Below are positions 40,524 through 49,629 of a stretch of DNA of 64,000 nucleotides, piece after piece. The position numbers and the translations under genes are program-made. Source of the DNA: an uncultured cyanobacterium (GTDB taxonomy: Bacteria; Cyanobacteriota; Cyanobacteriia; PCC-9006; JAAUQQ01); assembly GCA_963718615.1 (NCBI GenBank), contig OY970368.1:4896001-4960000 (forward strand), given 5' to 3'. A model generated the notes under the pieces. It had not been told where the DNA came from. It worked only from the letters and a program-made list of their open reading frames with translations, and searched no databases. The first letter of the stretch is position 1; every line of letters starts with the position of its first letter.

Positions 40524-41711
40524 TCATGGGTTTATGGGTTTATGGGTTGAGGAGCCAAAGCATTCGACCAAAACCTGTTGAAGACGTTCCAGCAAGCGTT
40601 GGTTCTCGTCTGGCGTTCCGACGCTAATGCGTAGCCCTCCCCCCGTATGGCGGATCATCGTTCCCTTGGCCTTGAGGCGCTGGAGAATTTCGGCCAAGGT
40701 GGCCTGGGGGTCGTCACTAAACCCCGGCTGGAGCTGAACAAACACCAGGTTAGCGCTACTGGGATAGGGTTTCAGCGGGGCAAACGTTTGGAGGGCTGTC
40801 TGGAGGCGATCGCGCTCTGCCAAAATCTCCGGGACTACCGCCAATAGAGGTTTACGATTCGCCAATGCCACCCGCGCCGCCGCCTGGGACAGACTGGGCA
40901 GATTATAGGGCAGACGTAATTTTTCAAGTACAGCCGTTAGTTCAGGCGAGGCAACGCTGTACCCCACCCGATGGGCCGCAAGGCGAAAGGCTTTGGAGAA
41001 GGTACGGGTAATAATCCAGTTGGGCCGGGTCAGCACTTCTGCCGCAAGGGTCTGGCCACTAAATTCGTAATAGGCTTCATCGACGACCACGAGAATCTGC
41101 TCGGGCACGGTCTGGAGCCAAGCAATTTCGGCGGCGGTGAGGGGATTGGCCGTGGGGGAATTGGGGTGGACCACGAAAATGACGCGAACCGGCGGCTGAC
41201 CCGGTTGACCGGGAGCTTCGATCGCCCGCTGGGCCGCTGCCAAATCTATTTCTAAGGTTTCAGGATTACGCCCTGCATCCACAACCTTAATTCCCAGGGT
41301 TTGGGCCAGGATCGCGTACATCGAGAAGGTGGGAGAAGCCACAAGAATCGAGCCCTCCCCCCCGAGACAGGTGGCGATCATCAGCGATCGCAACAGCTCA
41401 TCCGACCCATTCCCCACACTGATATGCGCCTGCGTGATGGCTCCCTTGGCCCCAGGGATTGCGCCTAGGGTTTCGTTGACGTAGGTGGCGATCGCTTCCC
41501 GCAGTGCCACCGGGTCCAGGGTGGGATAGCGGTTAAATCGAATCTCCTGCTCCAACTCAAACGCCAGCTTTTGCTTGAGCTCAACGGGCATGTCGTAGGG
41601 GCACTCGTTGGCATCAAGCTGATCGTACTGCTGGCCGTGGTTCTCGTCGCCGTGGGCACTGGTTTGGTAACTAGAAAATTGGGCGAGGTCGGAACGCAGG
41701 AAAGACAGCAT
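40524..41711 (-). CDS. hisC: Histidinol-phosphate aminotransferase
   Basis: LDANECP, VGNGSDELL, PNSPT, VVDEAYYEF, RTFSKAFRLAAHRVGY. Confidence 0.93.
   Translation of the reverse strand: MLSFLRSDLAQFSSYQTSAHGDENHGQQYDQLDANECPYDMPVELKQKLAFELEQEIRFNRYPTLDPVALREAIATYVNETLGAIPGAKGAITQAHISVGNGSDELLRSLMIATCLGGEGSILVASPTFSMYAILAQTLGIKVVDAGRNPETLEIDLAAAQRAIEAPGQPGQPPVRVIFVVHPNSPTANPLTAAEIAWLQTVPEQILVVVDEAYYEFSGQTLAAEVLTRPNWIITRTFSKAFRLAAHRVGYSVASPELTAVLEKLRLPYNLPSLSQAAARVALANRKPLLAVVPEILAERDRLQTALQTFAPLKPYPSSANLVFVQLQPGFSDDPQATLAEILQRLKAKGTMIRHTGGGLRISVGTPDENQRLLERLQQVLVECFGSSTHKPINP
40526..40548. repeat. Short tandem repeat (ATGGGTTT) x~3
   Basis: ATGGGTTT ATGGGTTT ATGGGTT forms the hisC 3' end; resembles cyanobacterial STRR-type repeats. 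Confidence 0.7.
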
Positions 41712-41769
41712 GGCGATCGCTCGGTCTAAAGATCGAGAAACAGGTCAGGCTCTTATTATCCAACCCTGG

Positions 41770-42408
41770 TTACGGGATTGAGCAGAAGGTTTGAATTTCT
41801 TTCCAGATGCGGGAAACAACATTGCCCAGACTGTGATCACTGTTCAGTTCCCGCAGGCTGACCCAAGGCCGAGTTTCGGCATAACGACGGCTGGTGTCGA
41901 TGGGGATGACTGGGTCCTGAAGACCGTGAATAATCCGCGTGGGCAGGGTTCGTGTCAATTTGAAATCGGAATAGAGCGAGAGATCTTCAACGATGCCGTA
42001 ATGGATGGCCATCATTTTTTGATAGGCATGATGATAGATGGGAATGCTGCCGGTGTCTCTCCAGACCCGCACTTGGCGATCGCCAATACTCCGCAGCCAG
42101 AGGGACAAAAACTCAAAGGCAGGGGCCAAGAGCACGAGCCGCTCCACCTGGACATGCTGCTCCGCGACCCAAGCTGCCGTTAAACCGCCAAAGCTTGAGC
42201 CGATCAAGGTAACAGGCTCTGATTCTGACTCTAGAATTAAGGCGCTCACCTGGTCGATCTGACGGGTGAGGGTCAGGCGAAAAAAATTGTCTTGATTGAA
42301 ATCCACGACGTTCAGTGGTAGGCCCCGACGCCGAAAGCGAGCGCGAAAGTATTTGGCCTTTGCGGACTCGGGACCCGAAGCGAAACCATGCAGGTAGAAA
42401 TAGCGCAT
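41770..42408 (-). CDS. YqiA/YcfP-family alpha/beta hydrolase (esterase)
   Basis: YLHGFASGP, nucleophile elbow GSSFGG, IIHGLQD, SDHSL. Confidence 0.9.
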   Translation of the reverse strand: MRYFYLHGFASGPESAKAKYFRARFRRRGLPLNVVDFNQDNFFRLTLTRQIDQVSALILESESEPVTLIGSSFGGLTAAWVAEQHVQVERLVLLAPAFEFLSLWLRSIGDRQVRVWRDTGSIPIYHHAYQKMMAIHYGIVEDLSLYSDFKLTRTLPTRIIHGLQDPVIPIDTSRRYAETRPWVSLRELNSDHSLGNVVSRIWKEIQTFCSIP

Positions 42409-42414
42409 TGAGCG

Positions 42415-43044
42415 TTAACGGGGGCTAAACTCCACCATATTTTCGCGGATCCGGATGTCAAAACGCCCAAAGAAATCGTGACCGAGGAGGCCAATTTCCA
42501 TGTCGGAAGCGATCGCCACATCCACATTTTCGACTTTGGCGGTCTGGATGGCGATGGACTTCATCCGTCCTACGGGAAACTCAACGCTGCTGCCATCGGC
42601 AATCTGGGCCTTGACGAGGCCCTCTGGCTGAATCTGGAGTTCCTTGGCCATGGCACTCGTAATTAGCGTTCCGCTTGCTCCGGTATCCAAAATCATTTCG
42701 TAGGTTTTGACGCCATTAAACGTCACCTCAATCACGGGCGTCATCCCGCTGCGCCGCTTAATCGGCACCTGGACTACCCCATTAGCAACACTACCGGCAG
42801 CACTACCGGAGCCTGAGGCGCGGGCGCTGCCCGAGGTGCTGGGATCGCTGTAACCGCAGAGCTTACCCAGGCTGATAGTTTTACCCGAAGCGTCGATCAT
42901 AAAACAGCCCGTGGAGTCCTGGGCGATCGCCCGTTGGCTGCCCCCTCCAAGGCTCAATCCAAGGCCCAGTCCTAGACTGGCAACCAGTCCTGTAATCAGA
43001 AAGCTGCTGATGGTAAAGGAGCGCTGAATGCTGGGTATCTTCAT
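42415..43044 (-). CDS. Exported retropepsin-like (clan AA) aspartic protease
   Basis: Signal peptide, CFMIDASG..LGKLC N-domain, MILDTGAS catalytic motif, GLLGHDFF. Confidence 0.9.
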   Translation of the reverse strand: MKIPSIQRSFTISSFLITGLVASLGLGLGLSLGGGSQRAIAQDSTGCFMIDASGKTISLGKLCGYSDPSTSGSARASGSGSAAGSVANGVVQVPIKRRSGMTPVIEVTFNGVKTYEMILDTGASGTLITSAMAKELQIQPEGLVKAQIADGSSVEFPVGRMKSIAIQTAKVENVDVAIASDMEIGLLGHDFFGRFDIRIRENMVEFSPR

Positions 43045-43070
43045 GGGTCGAATAGAGTGCGAAATGACCG

Positions 43071-43118
43071 AGAGTTGACTTAGAGAAGCGTTAACTCAGA
43101 CAAGAGCTAACTTAGACA
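43071..43118. repeat. Three degenerate 16-bp tandem repeats
   Basis: AGAGTTGACTTAGAGA / AGCGTTAACTCAGACA / AGAGCTAACTTAGACA upstream of the aspartic protease gene. Confidence 0.65.
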
Positions 43119-43190
43119 AAGTGTTCCCACTGGATACAATCACCGGCACCGATTTTTCCTAGACCGACCGAAGACCGACTGAAAACCGAC

Positions 43191-44042
43191 CTAGGCCGCC
43201 TCTCCATTGGCCTGCATCATTGCTTTGAGCATGGCCTGCTGGCTCACATCCCGATACACCTCCCGCAAATAGGTCATGGTTTGAGCTGCGGTCGAAGCCC
43301 CTGACTCATCCTGGGCGGCTCCGGCTAACGGAATCGTATCCAAAACATCCAAGACGGTTTCCCCGGCGGAGGGCACAATCACCACTAGCCCCGATTCTAG
43401 AGGTTCCTCGTAGCGCCAGAAGTTTTCTAGGGATGGACTGGGACTGGAGCGCAAAAGCTCGGGCTTTGCTTCAACCTGGGCTTGGCCCTGTCGCTTGTGG
43501 CGTAGGGCTTCGAGCACCTGTTCGCGGGTGCGGCCTCGCAATTGGAAGAGGACAAAGGGATCCTCACTAAAGCGATCGCCCAATAAATAATAAACCGCAC
43601 TAATGTGCTTACAGGGATTGGCCTTATCGGGACAGCTACAGCGGGAATGCACCTCGGACAAACTAAAGGGAAAAAGCCGCAACCCATTCACCGCAAAGAC
43701 TTCTTCAATATTCGCGGGCATTTCCCCCGCCAGCAGCTTCGCCGAAAAAATGGCCTTTTCCGAAAGCGTCGCAATCACATAATCCCAGTCTTCATCCGTC
43801 AGGGGATCCAGCCAAAGCGATAGCCGATAGGGCTTGGGATCCGTGCCCTGGACCGTGGCGAGCACCTTTTGTGCCCTGAAGCGGATTGAGAGCACATTGC
43901 CCTGCCGCGCATAGCGCCAGCCCCGCTCCAGTCGTTTTTTGAACCGGTAGGAATTAATCAGATCTAGCCATTGCTGGGCCCACCAACGACGGCTAGAGGG
44001 AGGAGATTCTGGAGAAGGAGCACTCAGTTGCGGCGTCGCCAT
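43191..44042 (-). CDS. SWIM zinc-finger family protein
   Basis: RLERGWRYARQGNV, CSCPD..NPCKH SWIM motif, DPFVLFQLRG. Confidence 0.92.
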   Translation of the reverse strand: MATPQLSAPSPESPPSSRRWWAQQWLDLINSYRFKKRLERGWRYARQGNVLSIRFRAQKVLATVQGTDPKPYRLSLWLDPLTDEDWDYVIATLSEKAIFSAKLLAGEMPANIEEVFAVNGLRLFPFSLSEVHSRCSCPDKANPCKHISAVYYLLGDRFSEDPFVLFQLRGRTREQVLEALRHKRQGQAQVEAKPELLRSSPSPSLENFWRYEEPLESGLVVIVPSAGETVLDVLDTIPLAGAAQDESGASTAAQTMTYLREVYRDVSQQAMLKAMMQANGEAA

Positions 44043-44123
44043 GGGAAAACAGAGACCAATTGCTACGGTGGCGTTCAGCCCAAGATAGGTTTCGTCATCC
44101 CTGGGCTAGACCGCTGCTCTATT

Positions 44124-44381
44124 CTAGGCAGGAAGCGGGATAGACTGCACAAACCAAGCGCTCTGGGTCCGCAGTAAATCGCGAATGAGAAGCGATCGCG
44201 ACTCGATATAATCCCTCACCGCTTCCCGTTCTTCTCCGGTTAAGGACTGTTTGTTTTGCACTCGGGTAATCAGCGTATTGGCCAAATCCTGTCCATTGAG
44301 CCCAAGCAACGTGGAACTGGGTGCCTCGTCAATGGTGGCCCAAAGCTGGCGAAGTAAAACGGGGGACATAAGATTTTCCAT
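44124..44381 (-). CDS. Small cyanobacterial hypothetical protein
   Basis: MSPVLLRQLWATID..LLGL..YIESRSLLIRDL pattern recalled as conserved in cyanobacteria. Confidence 0.7.
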   Translation of the reverse strand: MENLMSPVLLRQLWATIDEAPSSTLLGLNGQDLANTLITRVQNKQSLTGEEREAVRDYIESRSLLIRDLLRTQSAWFVQSIPLPA

Positions 44382-44570
44382 CGAACCTCGTCACTGTCGA
44401 ACCGGTGATAGCATCTTTCCTAAGGGCAATGCCAGGACTATCAACGATTGTTTCAGCGGAATCCGGCAGGAACTCAGTGCAGTTTCCAGCCTCTCTGCAA
44501 CAGTTCTTTAAAGCTCGATCAGAAAAGCAGCAGTTCTATTAGAAAATAGTCACCATTTTAGCGACGTACC

Positions 44571-45161
44571 TCAACGGAGCTGAATGGTCGCTTTGATATC
44601 CCGCAGATCAACATACACATCCGCCACATCCAGCAGGCGATCGCTCACGCTATCGCTTAAACTCACCACTTCACTGCGTACACCGCGATCGCCCACCACC
44701 TTGAGGGCATAGGCCAAAGCCTCATCGCTACTAACCAATACCAGCGTGTCGCAAACCTCCGAAAATCGCATCATATCGATGGCCATCTCCACATCGATAT
44801 CCAGCTTCTTGCTGCCATCGGGAAAGTGCTGCACATCCTTCGTAATCACCCGATAGCCCTGGTGCCGCAGCCAAGGGAGAAATCCCCGGCGATCGCCCGA
44901 CGGCACCTGACGATGGTGCACATCCACACCGGTATAGAAGAGCGCGTGAACAAGCTGCCCATCCCGCGCCAAGAACCGCAGCAACGCCCCATAGTCCAAC
45001 GTAATGTCAAGCTGGAGCGCAGCATAGAACAGGCTCAAACCATCGATCAGCACCGCAATCCGACCCCGTGGGGAAAGGGAAGCTGGAAGTTTATAGTGAG
45101 GGTCAAGCCGCTCAGAGCGAGGAGCACGAATTGCTGTCGAGGCCAACCGAGGTCGCTGCAT
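44571..45161 (-). CDS. NYN (LabA/DUF88) domain protein
   Basis: IAVLIDG..LFYAA, FYTGVD, GYRVITKD..PDGSKK..DVEMAIDM, LVLVSSD. Confidence 0.88.
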   Translation of the reverse strand: MQRPRLASTAIRAPRSERLDPHYKLPASLSPRGRIAVLIDGLSLFYAALQLDITLDYGALLRFLARDGQLVHALFYTGVDVHHRQVPSGDRRGFLPWLRHQGYRVITKDVQHFPDGSKKLDIDVEMAIDMMRFSEVCDTLVLVSSDEALAYALKVVGDRGVRSEVVSLSDSVSDRLLDVADVYVDLRDIKATIQLR

Positions 45162-45493
45162 TCAATGACGAGGAATCAACAAAATTTAAAGAAAACAACC
45201 CCAGCTGGGGCAACAAACGTTAAACAACTTTATAAAGCAAAGCTCTGTTTCAAATTCTAACTTGCCTGTATTTCAGGGTAAATCGCAACACTGCTTGATA
45301 TTTTGTTTCACAAATTTAAACTTACTCGCAGCACAAAAGGGGAGCCAGCGCCAAAGAGGGGATGGGGCCGCCAGCCCCTGCGAACTACCGAAGAGAAGGA
45401 CTTGAGCGCAGAACTGGGCTTCCCATGTCAATATTCACATCACTGATTAAGATTGGGATGACCTTTTCAATCAGCCCTATCCCGTAATTCGCC

Positions 45494-46489
45494 ATGAGAC
45501 GTCGTCGCCAAACTTCTTGGATCCATCGTCGGTCCCGTTATCTCATCGGTGGCATTGCGACCACAGGTGCAGTTCTAACCGGCTATCTGACCGCAGTGAA
45601 GTTTGCCCAGGCAGAGGCAGCTTGCCCCATCAGCGGTTGTGAGCAAGTCCTCTCCAGTGACTACGCCACCGTATTGGGTCTACCCCTGACCTTGTTCGGC
45701 TGCTTGGCTTACCTATCCATGGCAGCGATGGCATTGGCCCCCCTAGCCCTGCGTTCAGAAAAACAGCAGGAGCTACGGCTAACCCTAGAAAACTGGACCT
45801 GGAATCTGCTGTTCTTAGGGGGAACCGCAATGATGATTTTCAGCGGATATCTAATGTATCTGCTGACCAGCGAAATTAAGTCCTTTTGTCTCTACTGCGT
45901 GGGTTCCGCACTCCTCAGCACGTCGCTCTTTGTGCTTAGCGTGTTCGGCAAGTCTTGGGAGGATACCGGTAAGCTGATCTTCAACGGCATCTTGGTTGGA
46001 TTGGCAACCTTAATAGCCACCTTAGGCGTTTATGCATCCCCCAGCGGCGACACCGGCGGTGCCACCAATGAACCCACGGTGCAGATCATCGACCCAGCAG
46101 GCAATAACGCACCGCCCCGTGCCACCACCCAATCCGGCGAAGCTGAGCTGGCACTGGCAGATCATCTACAAAAAATTGGAGCAAAATCGTTTGGAGCTTG
46201 GTGGTGTCCCCACTGTTTTGAACAGCGGCAGCTTTTGGGTCAGGCCGCTTACAAGAAAATCACCTCCATCGAATGCGACCCAGGCGGAGTGGATCCCCAA
46301 CCCCAGGTTTGCCAAGCATCAGGGGTGCAAAGCTATCCCAGTTGGGAAATTAACGACAAACTCTACGCAGGGGTTCAAGAGCCCCAAGAACTCGCTGCGG
46401 CTTCCGGCTACAAAGGTCCAATGAACTTCAAATACACACTGGCCAATATTCCACAGACGATGCCAAAGTTTGAGGAAAAGAAAAACTAA
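45494..46489 (+). CDS. Vitamin K epoxide reductase-thioredoxin fusion (thylakoid disulfide formation)
   Basis: CPISGCEQVLSSDYA loop cysteines, CLYC in TM, C-terminal Trx-like GAWWCPHC..YPSWEIN. Confidence 0.93.
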   Translation: MRRRRQTSWIHRRSRYLIGGIATTGAVLTGYLTAVKFAQAEAACPISGCEQVLSSDYATVLGLPLTLFGCLAYLSMAAMALAPLALRSEKQQELRLTLENWTWNLLFLGGTAMMIFSGYLMYLLTSEIKSFCLYCVGSALLSTSLFVLSVFGKSWEDTGKLIFNGILVGLATLIATLGVYASPSGDTGGATNEPTVQIIDPAGNNAPPRATTQSGEAELALADHLQKIGAKSFGAWWCPHCFEQRQLLGQAAYKKITSIECDPGGVDPQPQVCQASGVQSYPSWEINDKLYAGVQEPQELAAASGYKGPMNFKYTLANIPQTMPKFEEKKN

Positions 46490-46500
46490 GGTTTTAGAAA

Positions 46501-46545
46501 GCCCAGTTAGACAACCCAACTAGATAGCCCAGTTAGATAACCCAG
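46501..46545. repeat. 13-bp degenerate tandem repeat x3.5
   Basis: GCCCAGTTAGACA / ACCCAACTAGATA / GCCCAGTTAGATA / ACCCAG. Confidence 0.7.
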
Positions 46546-46549
46546 AAAT

Positions 46550-46580
46550 AAGGCACACTCCCTCCCCGGAATGTGCCTTT
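46550..46580 (+). terminator. Probable terminator of the VKOR gene
   Basis: AAGGCACA-C-TCC ... GGA-A-TGTGCCTT stem followed by a short T-run. Confidence 0.5.
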
Positions 46581-46684
46581 GATTTGGAACATCAACAACC
46601 CTTCAAAACATGAAGAATTGCCCTTTAGGGATGTCCCCTCAATCTTCGTGTTGTTGGGTAACCTGCGAATCTACAAAATCAAAC

Positions 46685-46860
46685 CCTAAGGTTTCAAACT
46701 ATCACGAGAGGATATACAAAGATCGAAGTCTGCACACGCTGCGCACAGGCAGGCAGGTTCGAATCTCGCTGGATCCTAGCGTTCAGAACCGCGCCACTGC
46801 TGTTCCTTTGCAGGACGCTCAATTGCAACGGTTAGGAGGGTAGAAAGTTGAGACATACGC
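46685..46860 (-). ncRNA. ssrS: Probable 6S RNA
   Basis: The minus strand folds by eye into a ~175-nt rod: terminal stem GTCTCAACT/AGTTTGAAAC, pyrimidine-rich central bubble, then ATTGAG-GTC-TGCA/TGCA-GAC-TTCGAT, ACAG/CTGT, GGTTC/GAACC and CGCT-GG/CCAGCG. The core GGAACAGCAGTGGCGCGGTTC resembles cyanobacterial 6S from memory. Ends approximate. Confidence 0.72.
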
Positions 46861-46971
46861 ATAGTGAATGACTTAATCTTTCACAAGAGGTTGACACCCC
46901 TAGGGTGCCCGACCCCCCAAGAGAACTAACACCGTAATTTTCAGATTTACGAACTGAACCACAATCCCAAA

Positions 46972-47013
46972 AGGCCAGAGAGGCCGATGGTTCACCATCG
47001 GCCTCTCTGGCCT
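46972..47013 (-). terminator. Perfect 19-bp-stem hairpin, probable terminator of the 47125-47379 gene
   Basis: AGGCCAGAGAGGCCGATGG-TTCA-CCATCGGCCTCTCTGGCCT; followed by a short T-run on the minus strand. Confidence 0.65.
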
Positions 47014-47124
47014 CTAATCTCTCAACTCTAACCCTAGGGAATATACGAGGAAAAAATTATTCTCCGAGCAAGAATCCTCGGGGAAACCCCCTAGAGAGCA
47101 TGGGCAAAGATCCCGAAAAGAGCT

Positions 47125-47379
47125 TTAGAAATTAGCCTCACAGATGCTTTCCTCTAACGCATCATGTTCCTCAGGCGTTAGTTGTCCAGAATCTTCCATT
47201 TCGTCTAGCCAATAGTACAGAGCCTGCCGAGCCGACTCCACAGGGGCAAGATGGGCCTCGCTGAGATCGTGGGTGCGCATGCAGTCGTGACAGAAGAACT
47301 GCGAAATGCCAAAGGCATCCATGCCAAGGTGGGACAAATTGGTACTGATGCAGTAAGGGCAGCGTTGAGTGGGTTCCAT
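47125..47379 (-). CDS. Small zinc-ribbon protein with acidic SHOCT-like C-terminal helices
   Basis: CPYC-x19-CHDC; C-terminal LDEMEDSGQLTPEEHDALEE; strong hairpin downstream. Confidence 0.6.
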   Translation of the reverse strand: MEPTQRCPYCISTNLSHLGMDAFGISQFFCHDCMRTHDLSEAHLAPVESARQALYYWLDEMEDSGQLTPEEHDALEESICEANF

Positions 47380-47558
47380 CTTGAGCGTTTATGGGATCGA
47401 AATCGCGTAGCAGTCAGCGCCCCTGAGTTTTTATCTCTAGAGATTATTAGACGCCAGAATGGCGCGCGCAGTGATCTGGGTTGCTTTTACCTAGGTAAAA
47501 AATGAATCCTCCCGATCGCAGCTTAGACCCGTAGGATGGTTTATAAATTGAAATCAAT

Positions 47559-47598
47559 GTCCAGAAGCTTAGTCCAGAAGCTTCATGTCCAGAAGCTT
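47559..47598. repeat. Three exact copies of GTCCAGAAGCTT
   Basis: Copies at 47559-47570, 47572-47583 and 47587-47598, ending 20 nt upstream of the LysM/M23 start. Confidence 0.85.
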
Positions 47599-47618
47599 GC
47601 CGTCTCTAACATTGGCCT

Positions 47619-48578
47619 ATGTCTTTTCTCCGTTTAATCCCATCCCGAGCCCGAATTGGGCTAGGTGTTTTCCTCGGACTGTTGCCCAGTGGTGTTTTAG
47701 CCAGTGGGATACTTGGGATAGCGCCTGCGATCGCCCAATCTCCTAACCCGAACCCAGTCGCCGCTAGCAGTGGTGAGGGACTCTGCGGTCTACCTGCCCT
47801 CGCCCGTCTGCGCAACCATTCCGTCACCGCTGGCGAAACCCTGGCCAGCATCGCCAATCAATATGGCCTCACCCCGGCCACGCTCAAAGGGTTTAACCCA
47901 GCCGTGCGCTCGGGTACGGTGCAGCCGGGCAACACCTTGCAAATTCCGCCCTACAACGGCATTCGCGTCGCCACTGGCGGACAATCCTGGAAGGACCTGG
48001 CGACCCGGTATCAGGTGCGATCAGATGTGTTGTTTGAGGTCAATGGCTGTGTTAATAGCCCAGCCACCGCTTTTATTCCCGGCATCAACTGGGTACCGGG
48101 CATTGAAACCAGTTCCATCACCCTCACGAAAGCCCCCTCAGACCAAGGGGTGCTGCTGGGCTTTCCTCTGATGCAGGGCAATCGCATTCTGCTGGGCTAT
48201 GGTTGGCAGATGGACCCTCAGCTCAATCAAGTGGTCTTCCATGGCGGCGTTGACCTCGCTGCGTCCCTGGGAGACAGCGTCTTTGCCATCGGCCAGGGCA
48301 CGGTTGCCTATGCGGGTAAGCAAGAGGGCTATGGCCTGTTGGTGGTGGTGAACCACGCTAATGGTCTACAAACGCGGTATGCCCAGCTCAGGGAAATTAA
48401 CGTCCGTGCGGGAGAAGATGTCTCTCGCAATACAGTTTTGGGGCTAGTCGGACAAACGGGCATTCCCAGCTCGAAGGCCCCCCACCTGCATTTTGAAGTC
48501 CGGCTCAATTCCGATGTGGGTTGGGTAGCCCAGGATCCCACCGGCTACTTTGATGAAAAGGTCGTGTTGGGCAACTGA
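47619..48578 (+). CDS. LysM + M23-family peptidoglycan peptidase
   Basis: Signal peptide, LysM HSVTAGETLASIANQYGL, M23 motifs HGGVD, GYGLLVVVNH and PHLHFEVR. Confidence 0.92.
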   Translation: MSFLRLIPSRARIGLGVFLGLLPSGVLASGILGIAPAIAQSPNPNPVAASSGEGLCGLPALARLRNHSVTAGETLASIANQYGLTPATLKGFNPAVRSGTVQPGNTLQIPPYNGIRVATGGQSWKDLATRYQVRSDVLFEVNGCVNSPATAFIPGINWVPGIETSSITLTKAPSDQGVLLGFPLMQGNRILLGYGWQMDPQLNQVVFHGGVDLAASLGDSVFAIGQGTVAYAGKQEGYGLLVVVNHANGLQTRYAQLREINVRAGEDVSRNTVLGLVGQTGIPSSKAPHLHFEVRLNSDVGWVAQDPTGYFDEKVVLGN

Positions 48579-48612
48579 GGTCAGGTCTTTACTGGCTGAA
48601 CTGACTGATCTT

Positions 48613-49500
48613 TCACTTGCTGGTTTTGGCAAGGGCGGCTTGGCTGTTCTTGCCATATTGGATGACCCGATCCTGAGCGGTGGGATAGCGAGGGTCATTG
48701 GCCGGAACCTCTGCCATTAAGTCAGCGGCCTTCTGCCAGCGGGCAGCGAGATCTAGCCACTCGGCATTGGTGCTGGCGGTTTGGCCGGCGGCTGCGGCTT
48801 TTTCGGCCATGCGCACTGCTACCACAAAGGGTTCTTCTGAAGCGTTTTCAGCTTTTCCAGCTTGACCTGGAGAGGCATTGGGACGATGGGTAGAGGTGCG
48901 ATCGCCCTCCCCCTGAGCCCGTCGCTCCGCCCATTGGTTCCACAGCAACCAACCTCCCATGACCACCACCGCCACACTCAGCCCACCCAAAATGGCCGAG
49001 GGCCAGGAACGCTGACTGCGAGACCAATCGCCAATGCGGCTGGGCTGTTGATGGGCTTGGGATTTGAGGTCAGCGATGCGTTTGGCCCGTTGACGACTGT
49101 AGTGCCAGTCTTCTGTGAGCTGCTTGAAGAACGGGGGCTTTTTGAGTTTGAGATCAGCTGTCCACAGCACCTGATCGTCCTTATTCTCTTGAACTTCCTT
49201 CAGCCACAGCAGTTGTTGCTCCCGGTTGATGCGGCTAAAAACCCGCACCTGAGCAATATTACGGGGCGAAATTTCCTCCAAGATAGCTTGAACCTGGGGA
49301 AGTAATTCTGTCTGATCTAACCCCGCAGGATTGGAGGCTTCACAGAGCAACTGCAGGATTCCAGCTTCCAAAACGGCACGGGTCCGGATTCCAGCTTCCG
49401 CCAAGCGCGTGTTCAGAATTTGGATAATGGCTGTAATGCTGCCCGTTCGGGCTTGGCCAAAGACTTCTTCAGTCATTGACGTGGGCTGAGATGTGGTCAT
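48613..49500 (-). CDS. Cyanobacterial hypothetical membrane protein
   Basis: QARTGSITAIIQILN..GILQLLCEA N-domain, one TM, C-terminal helical WLDLAARWQKAADLM..Y..AQDR. Confidence 0.75.
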   Translation of the reverse strand: MTTSQPTSMTEEVFGQARTGSITAIIQILNTRLAEAGIRTRAVLEAGILQLLCEASNPAGLDQTELLPQVQAILEEISPRNIAQVRVFSRINREQQLLWLKEVQENKDDQVLWTADLKLKKPPFFKQLTEDWHYSRQRAKRIADLKSQAHQQPSRIGDWSRSQRSWPSAILGGLSVAVVVMGGWLLWNQWAERRAQGEGDRTSTHRPNASPGQAGKAENASEEPFVVAVRMAEKAAAAGQTASTNAEWLDLAARWQKAADLMAEVPANDPRYPTAQDRVIQYGKNSQAALAKTSK

Positions 49501-49629
49501 GACTCAAACGCTACTCTCAATACGCAAGAAGCACGGACTTCGCTCACCACTCACTAAAATACCGTGGCGCTGTAGAAGTTGGATAATTCCGACGCATTAC
49601 TTACGCGCTTAACCCGGAGAGCTTAATTA

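Noticed and set aside
46610-46843. 77-aa ORF
   Set aside because: Overlaps the 6S-like RNA on the opposite strand and has no recognisable features
47085-47125. GGGCAAAGATCCCGAAAAGAGC as a c-di-GMP-I riboswitch
   Set aside because: The arms around GAAA do not pair, the GACGCAAAGC element is absent and no gene lies downstream on that strand
46501-47598. Repeat clusters as a CRISPR array
   Set aside because: Units are 12-13 bp, adjacent, without unique 30-40-nt spacers; no cas genes in the window
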